A DNA stretch of 33,976 bases from Chlamydiales bacterium (GTDB lineage Bacteria > Chlamydiota > Chlamydiia > Chlamydiales > JBDQID01). A model generated the notes under the pieces. The model ran no database searches, was not told where the DNA came from, and worked only from the letters and a program-made list of their open reading frames with translations. This document shows positions 1-9,497 of the stretch, in pieces (within the stretch, counting starts at the first letter, position 1; the number at the start of each line of letters is the position of its first letter). Location of the stretch: NCBI GenBank assembly GCA_047611865.1, contig JBLFWS010000018.1, positions 1-33,976 on the forward strand. The letters run 5' to 3'. The position numbers were made by a program, and so were the translations under genes.

Positions 1-290
1 CTCCTCGTTTCTTTCTAGGGTCCGAAATACTATTTAGAGCTTCGAAAAGGGCTAGGCTGGTGGAGTTAAATGTTTCATTAGTTGTCTCTGTGGAAATGCT
101 CATCTGTTATGTACCGTTAGTTTCGTTGTCAGTGTGAAACGATAAACTTACAACAAATTCAAATTTAACTCACGACTTTGCAGGGGTCCTGTCTGAATGC
201 CTGACCTCTCTCAAGCTCGCCAGCAAAGAAGAAAAGGCCTACCAATTCCTCGGATTTATCGAAGACGTCCAGCACAAGTTCCCCTATGAT

Positions 291-650
291 ATGCTACTTA
301 ATAACTGCACCTATCAAGCCATTCGTCAGGAGGAGCTTGTCTGCGACCTCCTGAATGCCAGAAAGGACGAGGAGTCTTCCGTACAAGTTTATCCTCCGGG
401 AAAGCAAATATCCATTTATGACATCGATATCACCCTCACTGACAGGGTCATTGATTTCAGTACAAGGGTAGGCCTGACCTTTTTAGCCGCCACTCCTCTG
501 GGGTCTCTCCTCGGCAGAGGTTACTCTCTCGGAGTCGACGAAAGCATCAGCACACACTGGAAAGCTATGAAACAGGCTACCTGGGTGTGGTTTGAGAAGC
601 GGTCGTCCTTCACAAGCTCGGCCGTTATCCAAGGACAGAGACAGGGTTAG
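291..650 (+). CDS. Hypothetical protein; true start uncertain, possibly a gene fragment
   Basis: 119-aa ORF. The same frame stays open upstream to 138 (TGA at 135-137). No recognisable motif; overlaps the 3' end of the convergent 305-aa ORF by 26 bp. Confidence 0.35.
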   Translation: MLLNNCTYQAIRQEELVCDLLNARKDEESSVQVYPPGKQISIYDIDITLTDRVIDFSTRVGLTFLAATPLGSLLGRGYSLGVDESISTHWKAMKQATWVWFEKRSSFTSSAVIQGQRQG

Positions 651-1542
651 CCAAAACCTCCGCACGCAAATTTTGAAAGGCCCCTCTCGCAGCCGTCAGG
701 TTTTCTGCGAGTAGCTCACTCTTTCTTTGGGGAATCCACTGCAAGTCAATATTCCTCTCTAGCTGTGCTTGGAAAATCTCAAGTGCGAGTCTTTTCTCAT
801 TTTGAAAATTATCGATCTGATGCCCTACGAGGGACCGGCCAAGTGCTGCCTGATGCCTGGCTATTCCTCCGATTCTCATAGACTGCTCGGTTTCCCCTGG
901 GAGAAGGCTCTGCACCTTTGATTTGTAGCTTTCTTCCAAGTCAGCCTTTTTCTGAGACAAAGATGTCGCTCTCTTGTCTTCGGCCTCTTCTCGCACGAGA
1001 TTATCTATTTTTAAATTCCTTTCCCTAAAACCCTCACAGATGCTTATCACTCCTGCTCCAAGCTGTCGGAGATCCTCCCCTATAGAATTACCTTCAAGAG
1101 CCTCCTGCATCTCAGTATAGACGGTTTCTATTCCGGCTCCATCGAGGTCTTCTTGAGGGAGAAAAGCCAATAAATTAATACGCTGGGAATTAACTAGCTC
1201 CACCTGTTCATGAAAAAATTCATTGACTACCCCATAAACCTCTCGAGATTCTGAAGAGAAGAGGCAGAGACTCTTTAAAAGAGTCCCAGCTATTGTCCCT
1301 GGGACAATAAGCATAAGCATTAGAATATCTACCCCTACCTTGTACACCCGGCTTGCGGTTTCTGAAGTCACATCGACTGCCTCAAGAAAGATTTCTCCCT
1401 CATCCTTCTTAACTTCGATAACTCTCCTTCCCAGCCACTCCTCACCCAAATGGCGATAGGGCACCATAGACAGATCTCCAAGATCCTGCAGGAGTGACAA
1501 ATTGGCAATTTTAGCATTGAAAAAGGCGTTACACGAGCTCAT
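625..1542 (-). CDS. Hypothetical protein with one hydrophobic segment and a C-terminal coiled coil
   Basis: 305-aa ORF. Hydrophobic stretch VGVDILMLMLIVPGTIAGTLLKSLCLF followed by an E/Q/K/L-rich helical region. GGAG upstream of the ATG on the minus strand. Confidence 0.7.
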   Translation of the reverse strand: MSSCNAFFNAKIANLSLLQDLGDLSMVPYRHLGEEWLGRRVIEVKKDEGEIFLEAVDVTSETASRVYKVGVDILMLMLIVPGTIAGTLLKSLCLFSSESREVYGVVNEFFHEQVELVNSQRINLLAFLPQEDLDGAGIETVYTEMQEALEGNSIGEDLRQLGAGVISICEGFRERNLKIDNLVREEAEDKRATSLSQKKADLEESYKSKVQSLLPGETEQSMRIGGIARHQAALGRSLVGHQIDNFQNEKRLALEIFQAQLERNIDLQWIPQRKSELLAENLTAARGAFQNLRAEVLANPVSVLG

Positions 1543-1730
1543 CAGGATCTCCGGATAAAATACGAATTAGTAATCGAGAGTCTATACCAAAACTCCACGG
1601 TTCCTGACAAGGATCCAATCACCTTAAAATAAATACTTTACTGAAAATTCAATTGATTTTTAACCACATTTGGAATAAGATGTTTAATCTTAACTTAACT
1701 AAGTTTCATAACTAAGAGATATTTTATTAT

Positions 1731-3473
1731 ATGAAAAAGGCCCTTTTTTTCCTTGTAGTTCTTCTATCCTCATTCTGTAGTTTACACGCAGAGCACCCTA
1801 TCGTAAAACAGCAAATGCTCCGCGACCTGGACTTCGTCCACTACGTATTCATGACCAACTATGCCCCTACACTGTGGAAAAAGCATCATTTCGGATGGGA
1901 TCTGGATAATGAAATTGAGAAAGCCAAAAACAAAGTCCAGAGCAAAAACAACATCACCATAAGAGACTACCATGTCATCTTGAATGAGTTCTTCAGCTCT
2001 ACCAGAGATTATCACGTATCTGTACACTTCTATAACACCGAGAGATCTTCCCTACCCTTCTCTGTAAAAAGTGCCAAAGGCCGCTACTACCTCACCTACA
2101 TTGACCGCAAAGCCCTTCCTCAAAAGTTCTTCCCTTCAGAAGTCGGTGATGAATTAGTACTCTTCGATGGAAAACCTACCGATACTGTTGTCAAACAAAT
2201 CAAAAAAGAAGCCCTCTTTAACGACGGCAGGATTACCGGTGATGGCAACGACAGAACCGATCATTCCGAGGCTGAACGTCTCCTAACCAACCGTTATCAC
2301 GGTGATCACATTGTTCCCAAAGGACCCGTAAATATTGCCATTAAAAAGAAGTATGCCGATATCCTCACCCATTACACCCTAAGCTGGCAATATACCCCTG
2401 AGAAAGTCCCTGAGAACTCTTTCGCCAATTTTAATAAAAGCCTTATTAGCCCCAAAACAATCGCTGCTACAGAGAACATCCTGCCATGCGGCATCAAAGA
2501 ACCTCCTCGCGTAAGCATGACTGCCCCTTTCTGGAGTATGGAAAAAAGCCTTACTCATAAGGACGAGATAAACCTCCACCTATGTGGATCGAAAAAAAGC
2601 TTCATTCCCCGCCTTGGACCTGTACTATGGGAAACTTCTGCCAAAAACTCATTTGATGCCTACCTATTCCACGCTCCTGACGGAAAACAGATCGGCTATG
2701 TTCGAATTCCCCATTACATGGGAGGTCATGAAGAAGAGTCCGACTTTTCTAATATCATCCAGCACCTGGAAGACAACTCGGACGCCTTAATTATTGACCA
2801 GATTAACAACCCTGGAGGCTCTGTCTCCTACCTCTACAATCTAGCTTCTATGCTCACAGACAAACCTCTGGAGCTTCCAAAACACCGAATGACCATTACG
2901 CAAAACGAAGTCCTTTTTGCCGCCCAACTCATTCCTCATCTCGAAAGAATATCTACCGATATGCAGGCTACGTGGGACTTCGGACCACGCTTTGGTGGAC
3001 ACCATGTAAATAAAAAACTAACCGATTCTCTTCTGGACCACAGCCGCCTTGTCATCGACGAATGGAACAATGGCAAAGCTATTACGAAGCCCTGTTACAT
3101 TAACGGTATCCAAACTGTTCAACCCTCCGATGAAGCTCGCTATACCAAGCCCATTCTACTCTTGACTAACGAGATGGATTTCTCAGGAGGAGACTTCTTT
3201 CCTGCAATCCTGCAAGACAACAAGCGCGTCACTATTCTGGGCACGAACACCGCCGGAGCCGGCGGCACCGTTGATGGATTTTCTTACCCAAATATGCTTG
3301 GCGTTGAAGAATTCAAGTACACATCTTCTCTCGCGGAGCGCTCTAACAACAATCCCATCGAGAACCTTGGAGTACAGCCCGACATCGAATACGAACTCGG
3401 TGCCTACGACTTTCAAAATAACTATTCGGAATATGTAAACATCATCCTGAGTACTTTGAAAGGTATGAAATAG
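1731..3473 (+). CDS. CPAF-like secreted serine protease (peptidase S41, chlamydial protease-like activity factor)
   Basis: 580 aa with an N-terminal signal peptide (MKKALFFLVVLLSSFCSLHA). CPAF-type motifs: YAP..WK, DYHV (catalytic His), IGYVRIPHY, ALIIDQINNPGGS, DFSGGDFFPAILQDNKR (catalytic Ser), GTNTAGAGG and IENLGVQP (Glu). Confidence 0.9.
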   Translation: MKKALFFLVVLLSSFCSLHAEHPIVKQQMLRDLDFVHYVFMTNYAPTLWKKHHFGWDLDNEIEKAKNKVQSKNNITIRDYHVILNEFFSSTRDYHVSVHFYNTERSSLPFSVKSAKGRYYLTYIDRKALPQKFFPSEVGDELVLFDGKPTDTVVKQIKKEALFNDGRITGDGNDRTDHSEAERLLTNRYHGDHIVPKGPVNIAIKKKYADILTHYTLSWQYTPEKVPENSFANFNKSLISPKTIAATENILPCGIKEPPRVSMTAPFWSMEKSLTHKDEINLHLCGSKKSFIPRLGPVLWETSAKNSFDAYLFHAPDGKQIGYVRIPHYMGGHEEESDFSNIIQHLEDNSDALIIDQINNPGGSVSYLYNLASMLTDKPLELPKHRMTITQNEVLFAAQLIPHLERISTDMQATWDFGPRFGGHHVNKKLTDSLLDHSRLVIDEWNNGKAITKPCYINGIQTVQPSDEARYTKPILLLTNEMDFSGGDFFPAILQDNKRVTILGTNTAGAGGTVDGFSYPNMLGVEEFKYTSSLAERSNNNPIENLGVQPDIEYELGAYDFQNNYSEYVNIILSTLKGMK

Positions 3474-3550
3474 TACAAACGAGTAAGATTATGAGAGCGA
3501 CATTACCTTGTCGCTCTCTTCTTAAATAGCTATCTATAGTGATTTGTTTC

Positions 3551-4450
3551 CTACCACCCCATTTCGGAGTAGTACCCCCCTTTTGATACATGCCGAATGG
3601 CCTGGGAAATATAGGGAATCGTATTCTGAGGAAGTTCTGTTTCAGAAAAGAACGTGACGCCCCCGCACTTATCAGGCTCACGGTTTTCGACCTGCCCCGT
3701 CCATTTGCGACATTCATAGAAAAAGTCTGAATAGATTCTGTCACTCCTGCGGTGCATTACATGCACAAACTTTAAGTCTGAGGGGTCAATCTTTATCCCC
3801 CCTTCCTCTAATGCCTCACGTACCATAGCTTGAGTTGCGCCTTCATCGTGCTCTACATGCCCTGAAATAAGACCGTAGTTGCCATCCTGCCACCCCGTAT
3901 TCTTCCTCAGGGACAACAATACCTTACCTCCTTCTCTCAAGATCAGGTGAACCGCTATAGCCGTTATAGGGCGCTCTCTATGACTAATCTGACTGTGGTA
4001 GTAACAAAAGGCCTCGCGAGCTGCGTCCATCAAAGGTAGAGTCAAAAGCTCGTCATAGGTCACCCATCGGTAGTCCTGGTGTTCGCTTAAACTGATCTGA
4101 ACCTCAGGCTTTTCTTTTACCTGTACACGATAAATATGATAGGTGTAGTCACAGTCCTTTTTGCGGATGTACAGCTGCCCCACTTTATCCATTTTTTCTT
4201 GCGGATAGACAATCCCTGTTTCCTCGTACAGCTCTCGTAGCAAAGTCTGCCCTATGGTCTCTCCCGATTCCTTTTTGCCAGCAGGCATCCCCCAAAGGTT
4301 TCCCTCTGATTTACCAAAGGCTCTCTTAAGACAAAGAACCTGCTCCTGATATTCTACATGAGCAGCTGCTACTTCCAAATCGAAGGAAAAACCCTCTGGT
4401 GCCTCAAGATAAATCTCTGATCCAGCAGATACAAATGCAGGACTCGTCAT
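3551..4450 (-). CDS. Tandem two-domain NUDIX hydrolase
   Basis: Two Nudix boxes: GKKESGETIGQTLLRELYEETGI and GHVEHDEGATQAMVREALEEGGI. Confidence 0.9.
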   Translation of the reverse strand: MTSPAFVSAGSEIYLEAPEGFSFDLEVAAAHVEYQEQVLCLKRAFGKSEGNLWGMPAGKKESGETIGQTLLRELYEETGIVYPQEKMDKVGQLYIRKKDCDYTYHIYRVQVKEKPEVQISLSEHQDYRWVTYDELLTLPLMDAAREAFCYYHSQISHRERPITAIAVHLILREGGKVLLSLRKNTGWQDGNYGLISGHVEHDEGATQAMVREALEEGGIKIDPSDLKFVHVMHRRSDRIYSDFFYECRKWTGQVENREPDKCGGVTFFSETELPQNTIPYISQAIRHVSKGGYYSEMGW

Positions 4451-4528
4451 GGCTTCCTCAAAAAAGTAAGATTAGAAATATTTGAATGTGGATTATATCC
4501 GAACGAGGGGATTTAATACAATTTCCCA

Positions 4529-5140
4529 CTACGTCTCTGGAGTATCCTCATGGCTTTGATCGGCAGGATTGGTATCCGCCCCACCTGATTTCACTGACAA
4601 AACTTTGCCGAACACATTATCTGCCATCACCGTACCATCTTCATTATCGATATAGGTGTCTACTTGAGAGAATAATTCATCCATTTCCGCATCAGAATAC
4701 CTCTCATCATTTTTATCTTTAACGTCCAACCTATGGTCATGCCTCTGCTCATTTCTATCATGAACTTCCAACTTGCGGACAAACCTTTTCTCCATACGAT
4801 CAGAGACTTCTAAAATCTCGACCTGTCGTTCATTAGTGATACCATCGGCCTCCAAAGCGTCAATAATTTTCTCACTCATCCGATCCATAACCTCTAATAT
4901 TCTGACATTTTTCTCTTCATTATGGTCCATTACTTCAAGTACGCGTTCAAAAGTATCCTCAAAATCATCGACTTTTACATCCTCTCTAACTTCCAAGCGT
5001 TCATAATGTAAGTCTTTCTTTTTAATCCTATCCCCTACTCTATCTTCATGTATCTCGGTCCTCATTTCTGCATGCTCTTCATGTATCGTTGTAAAAACAA
5101 TATGTGCTTTACCAACGCCGCCACTTCCACCCAATTTCAT
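4529..5140 (-). CDS. Acidic/His-rich hypothetical protein with 14-aa tandem repeats
   Basis: Start moved to the ATG at 5140 (MKLGGSGG...), which has AGGAGG about 10 nt upstream; 203 aa. Six 14-residue units with an LEV.D core. Confidence 0.7.
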   Translation of the reverse strand: MKLGGSGGVGKAHIVFTTIHEEHAEMRTEIHEDRVGDRIKKKDLHYERLEVREDVKVDDFEDTFERVLEVMDHNEEKNVRILEVMDRMSEKIIDALEADGITNERQVEILEVSDRMEKRFVRKLEVHDRNEQRHDHRLDVKDKNDERYSDAEMDELFSQVDTYIDNEDGTVMADNVFGKVLSVKSGGADTNPADQSHEDTPET

Positions 5141-5222
5141 ATAGAAAAACCCTCCTACTTGCCCAACGTTCCATTTACATATCGGCATTTGTAGGAGGAT
5201 AATTTAGAAAAAAGATAACTTC

Positions 5223-6347
5223 TTAGACGCGCTCTATCTGTATAGCTAGCGCACCATAGAGAGTCACATCTTCTGGAGAGTAGAAATGATGGTAAATTTC
5301 TTCTGCTTCAGACGTTTCTGTGAGACCGGGGAGAACATTATCTATTCCTTCAGCCTCAATCATTTCCCTAAAGGAGGCATATTTCTGAATCCCCGTAACG
5401 CGACAAGTCACCTCATCATTGAAACGTAAATTCATCCCTACCTGTAGGTTACGATAGCTACCTCTGGAAAGACGACCTTCAACCGTTTTTGTCCCATTTT
5501 TGATTTGGGAAAAGAAAGGCTCCCGTACAGTCATTGGTAGAGGATCTGCTAATATTACTGAGCTACTGGAGGATCCTACAGCTCCGCTAGCTCCCACTTT
5601 TCCCGGAAAGCCTACTAGATGCTCGTAGATATCCAATAGATGGTCTACGCCACCCATAGCTTCGTGCATTTTATTCTCTGGAGGGAGTCCGTGCTGCCGA
5701 GCAATGCCATCTTTTGAAAAGGGCACCTCTTCATATTTCGTCTTCACGCCTGTTGTATAGTCGTGCATCGTCATTCCAAAGTTCATGGAAGCCAGATCCA
5801 GCCAATGGTAAGGCCAACCGTTTTTAAACTGTTCATCTTCCGTAAAGAGTTGCTGAAAAAAAGACCTGTCGAAAGAGGGGTTCTGGCAGATGTAACAAGA
5901 GTTCCATCTGTCTACATGATGCCTCTGAAAGAGAGCCTTGATTTTATTCGCAACCTCATCAATAGGACTTCCTTTTTCCATCTGCTCTTTGGTGATACCG
6001 TTGACCTCCAAAGCCCGTGGGTGAGAGTTCTTCCAGTCTTCTTCTGACACACGTATCATACTATTGAATGACTCCAGAACTAACCCTGAATAGGTATCCA
6101 CCAAGCGAAAAGCTATTTCCAACATTCTATTTGTTTGAGGATTCAGACCATTTGTCTCTGAGTCAAGGAAAATGCCGATACGGGGATCCCCTCTTCGTCT
6201 CTTAAGTAGGTGGACCTCTTGATCACCAGCATCCTGGGTAATCTCAGAATATTTTCTTTTTTGAGCGTCTCTTCCTATACTTGGGGTATCGACATCCATG
6301 GTGGCTTTGCTCTCAATAGCCGATGCCTGATTCACACTTGCTGTCAT
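5223..6347 (-). CDS. DEDDh-family 3'-5' exonuclease fused to a C-terminal ASCH domain
   Basis: ExoI IFLDSETNGL, ExoII QNPSFDRSF, LDLAS and ExoIII-like HEAMGGVD. A G/S linker leads to the ASCH signature REPFFSQIKNGTKTVEGR...YASFREMI. GGAG RBS. Confidence 0.85.
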   Translation of the reverse strand: MTASVNQASAIESKATMDVDTPSIGRDAQKRKYSEITQDAGDQEVHLLKRRRGDPRIGIFLDSETNGLNPQTNRMLEIAFRLVDTYSGLVLESFNSMIRVSEEDWKNSHPRALEVNGITKEQMEKGSPIDEVANKIKALFQRHHVDRWNSCYICQNPSFDRSFFQQLFTEDEQFKNGWPYHWLDLASMNFGMTMHDYTTGVKTKYEEVPFSKDGIARQHGLPPENKMHEAMGGVDHLLDIYEHLVGFPGKVGASGAVGSSSSSVILADPLPMTVREPFFSQIKNGTKTVEGRLSRGSYRNLQVGMNLRFNDEVTCRVTGIQKYASFREMIEAEGIDNVLPGLTETSEAEEIYHHFYSPEDVTLYGALAIQIERV

Positions 6348-6397
6348 GATCAGAACTCCTCTTTATATTATTTATAAATAACGGAAATATAGTGGCT

Positions 6398-6559
6398 TAT
6401 ACCGTTCGTGATTCAAGATTTGAGAATTTGACCCAGAGATTTTTTTGGCTGACAAAGCGCGGAGATCGAAGCCAACCTAGGCAGGTTGGCGAGATCGAGC
6501 GCAAAGTCAGACGGAAAAAGATCCAGTCAAAACCCAATTCTTGAGTCACGAACGGTATA
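6398..6559. repeat. 162-bp palindromic MITE-like element (Rickettsia palindromic element-like)
   Basis: Ends TATACCGTTCGTGAtTCAAGA and TCTTGAgTCACGAACGGTATA. Nested internal pairing closes on the central hairpin GCCAACCT-AGGC-AGGTTGGC. Confidence 0.85.
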
Positions 6560-6612
6560 TAAAGCGAGAGGGGTTTTATGAGAAGATTTTTTAATAGCTT
6601 CCTCTCGCTTTT
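6560..6612 (-). terminator. Possible terminator stem downstream of the C1B peptidase gene
   Basis: AAAGCGAGAGG (6561-6571) pairs with CCTCTCGCTTT (6601-6611) just after the stop codon. The loop is unusually long (about 29 nt). Confidence 0.4.
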
Positions 6613-6619
6613 ACCCTGT

Positions 6620-8119
6620 TTATATTCTAGCGAAAGGATCCCATCCGCTGAGTTGCTCTACATTTTCTTCGCTCTCAGAAGTGCTCACCAGTCTTTCTGG
6701 CAGATACTTTTTATCGACTACCACACCATAGCAATACTGATCGAACCACTTATCCGTCATAAAGATGTGACGGTTCTTACTACCCCAGGAGTTTTCTACT
6801 TTCCACAAAGGACCATAGGTATCGGGTGTTTCCTCCATACTTGCCGCATCACATCTAACCGTCTCTTCATCGTCACAGCCCACTATGACCATGCCATGGG
6901 CGACAGCCGTAACCTTGTAATGCAGCTTATCACCTTTATCCAAGGTGTAGCGCTGGTCAAAACGAAAAAGATCACTCACTTCATCATTATCAATAGAGAG
7001 AAGATCCTTGTCTCTATCGAGATATCTCATTTCACAGCCTATTTCTACAGGATCACCATTTTTTATGGATTCACGAACGGCGGATTTCAGGAACTCCATC
7101 GAAACATTCAAAGACCGGAGTTTCAATCCCTCTACAACATTTCCTACGTCTTCCACTTCGATTTTTTTCCCGAAAGGTACGTAGGGCAAATTTGTTAAAT
7201 GTACTTTCTGGGAAAGGTCGCACTTGCCTTGCTCATAAAATTCTACTGGAGTCATACTCACAACCTTGCCCTCAGCATTTTTCCAAGGGAACTTCTCTGG
7301 CGGATTACCTAAGTAATCACAAAGGAGGGTATAGACTTCTACCATGGCCTTGTCTTTAATAGCATGGAGCTCGTCGACGGTGGCGCTTCCGTCTTGGACT
7401 TTTTTATGCAGGTAGCCTCCCACTTCCCTCAAGCGCTCGTTCAACAAAGACATGTAACCTCCGGAACGTCCGGTAAATTCAGTCTCAGGCATAGCGTATC
7501 CAGGAACTACCCCATGTTTTTTTACTACGTTTTCAAAGAGCTCCCATTCCCCTCCATCAGTAAAGAGGTGTTCGATAGTATTCTGAACTCTCTGATCTCC
7601 TACAGGAAGATCATGATACTCCACCATCTTCTCCAAAAAGAAGTTTGCTCGCTCCATTTTATCCCAGAAAGCAATGAAATTTTGGGAATAGGCAAATTCT
7701 TTACCGTAATCGTCCAGGACATATTTCTTCATAACGTTCAGAGCTGAGAAAATCCAGCAGCGACCTGAGCTTTTCTGATCCGTTTCTTTTCCAATATCGA
7801 TATTATACTTTGTCTCGAGAAAATCTTTTAGACATGCTGGGTTCTTTGTGATGGCCGTGACCCCAAATTGAGATATCGCCCGACTCAAAAACGGATTGAG
7901 ATTGGCTCTGTCTTTGATTTGTTGAATTCTATCCCCTGTGAGAGGCTGCGGATAATATCGGGTCCGATGACATATCCCTCCCATAACATTTCCTGCGCAC
8001 TCCTGAACCACCTGATCCACCATTTCTCGTGCCAGAGCACTTACTATTACTTCTTCCGAATCGCTTGTTCCAGATGGGTTTACACTTACTGCATTCTGTT
8101 GTTCTACCTTTAATGACAT
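6620..8119 (-). CDS. pepC: Cysteine aminopeptidase / bleomycin hydrolase (peptidase C1B, PepC-like)
   Basis: DQKSSGRCWIFSALN (catalytic Cys), SQNFIAFWDKMERAN, DGGEW, AHGMVIVG (His), WKVENSWG (Asn) and the C-terminal WDPF. Confidence 0.9.
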   Translation of the reverse strand: MSLKVEQQNAVSVNPSGTSDSEEVIVSALAREMVDQVVQECAGNVMGGICHRTRYYPQPLTGDRIQQIKDRANLNPFLSRAISQFGVTAITKNPACLKDFLETKYNIDIGKETDQKSSGRCWIFSALNVMKKYVLDDYGKEFAYSQNFIAFWDKMERANFFLEKMVEYHDLPVGDQRVQNTIEHLFTDGGEWELFENVVKKHGVVPGYAMPETEFTGRSGGYMSLLNERLREVGGYLHKKVQDGSATVDELHAIKDKAMVEVYTLLCDYLGNPPEKFPWKNAEGKVVSMTPVEFYEQGKCDLSQKVHLTNLPYVPFGKKIEVEDVGNVVEGLKLRSLNVSMEFLKSAVRESIKNGDPVEIGCEMRYLDRDKDLLSIDNDEVSDLFRFDQRYTLDKGDKLHYKVTAVAHGMVIVGCDDEETVRCDAASMEETPDTYGPLWKVENSWGSKNRHIFMTDKWFDQYCYGVVVDKKYLPERLVSTSESEENVEQLSGWDPFARI

Positions 8120-8268
8120 GTTGCCCTCTTGATTAAGACGTGATGTGTAAAGATATTACTTGGAGTAAAGAAAAATTTTGATTAAGTCAAGTTTTTTATG
8201 CTAGACTAAATCCCTGATATTCTTTAAACTTAATCGGTTGAAAATATAAAATTTACAGGTTTTGACCA

Positions 8269-8767
8269 ATGCCATCAACAACTCCACAGTTATCTACATG
8301 CACCACTATGATACCTTACGTGAGTACAGAGCACTTTCTGGATAATTGTATAATTAATGCTGCCCAAAACCCGACAGACTACTCCCGTGTCCTCAAGAAC
8401 ACTAACCGCAAAGTAGAATCCGTTGCCCTTGGTCTCTTGCAATCAGACCCTGATGTCTCTTCTTCTATGAATAAGGTATACATTGCCTATACCGGTAGCG
8501 ATGGGATACAGGAAAAATAGCGAAAGACTTTTGACGTTTCAACAGGCTGGAATGTTAAATATGGATGAAACAGAGGTAAATGCTCTCGTCACGGCCTATA
8601 ACAAAGCTCTAAGATGGTATCATCTCTCTCAAATAAACTATGAAAAATCCGGTGAAAACAAAAGACCCATCCCAGAGGTCACTACGACAAGTGTAGACCC
8701 CACTGAACTCAGAGAAATGACTGAAGTCATCCATCTCTTCTCGCAAAAACAGAGCCTTTTCTTATAA
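8269..8767 (+). pseudogene. Hypothetical gene probably split by a +1 frameshift (ORFs 8269-8520 and 8483-8767)
   Basis: Removing one A from the A5 run at 8513-8517 joins the two ORFs into about 165 aa (...GIQENSERLL...). No homology recognised. Confidence 0.4.
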
Positions 8768-8836
8768 AAACTTCTATGATACCGTAGCGAAAATCCCGAT
8801 TCTTCATAACGCTATAGAGTACATAGGAGCTTTTAA

Positions 8837-9425
8837 ATGACTGTGTCCTTACCGGCCGAATACAAATGTCCTTTGACACAGCACATCATGTCCGACCCAG
8901 TAAACCTCGGCTGCCACAAGACCCATAATTTCGAAAAAACCGAAATCCACAAATGGATTGCCACAGGGAAAGACACCTGCCCCCTTGACAGGACGCACGT
9001 GGTATTAAAGTCCATCACCTATAACAGCGACCTTGCCAAAAGAATTCGGGATTTTGCTTCAGAGCAGCCGTTTTTTTTCCAACGGATTAAAAGAACCCGA
9101 TACCTCCCTGCAATTGTTTGAGGATACTCACCTCAAAACACAAACTACAGAAGAGCGCACCCTGGAAATTGTCCTGAATTTCAGCCGTAACCGTCCCAAC
9201 ATTCTAATCAACAACAGGCCCTATGATATCCCCAGTACCTCATTCGACTTAGAACTCGGTGGCGAGGAGCTCAACCTACCCGGGGCCGATGCCATCCACA
9301 TATCCATTACCCGCGATGATTTTAATGAAGAGGATCATTATCCAGAAGATTCCAACCTCTTTGACACCCTCGTAAACCGTGTAGTCCTATGGGTACAAAG
9401 GCTAGCCCAATTCATCGGCCTGTAA
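8837..9425 (+). pseudogene. U-box domain protein, frameshifted at a T8 tract
   Basis: U-box motif EYKCPLTQHIMSDPV..GCH..HNFEKTEIHKWI.....TCPLDR and an AGGAG RBS. Shortening T8 at 9071-9078 to T7 fuses ORF 8837-9121 with ORF 9033-9425. Confidence 0.75.
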
Positions 9426-9497
9426 ACTTTCCCTTAACTCTAATACCTTAAATTGTGTAGCTTGACTTTCTAGTAAAATCTTTATTCCTGGAGGGCT

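Noticed and set aside
6578..7198. 206-aa plus-strand ORF and the other short ORFs antisense to long genes
   Set aside because: They are shadow ORFs opposite well-supported genes such as pepC, CPAF, the LRR protein and DyP-GRE, with no motifs of their own.
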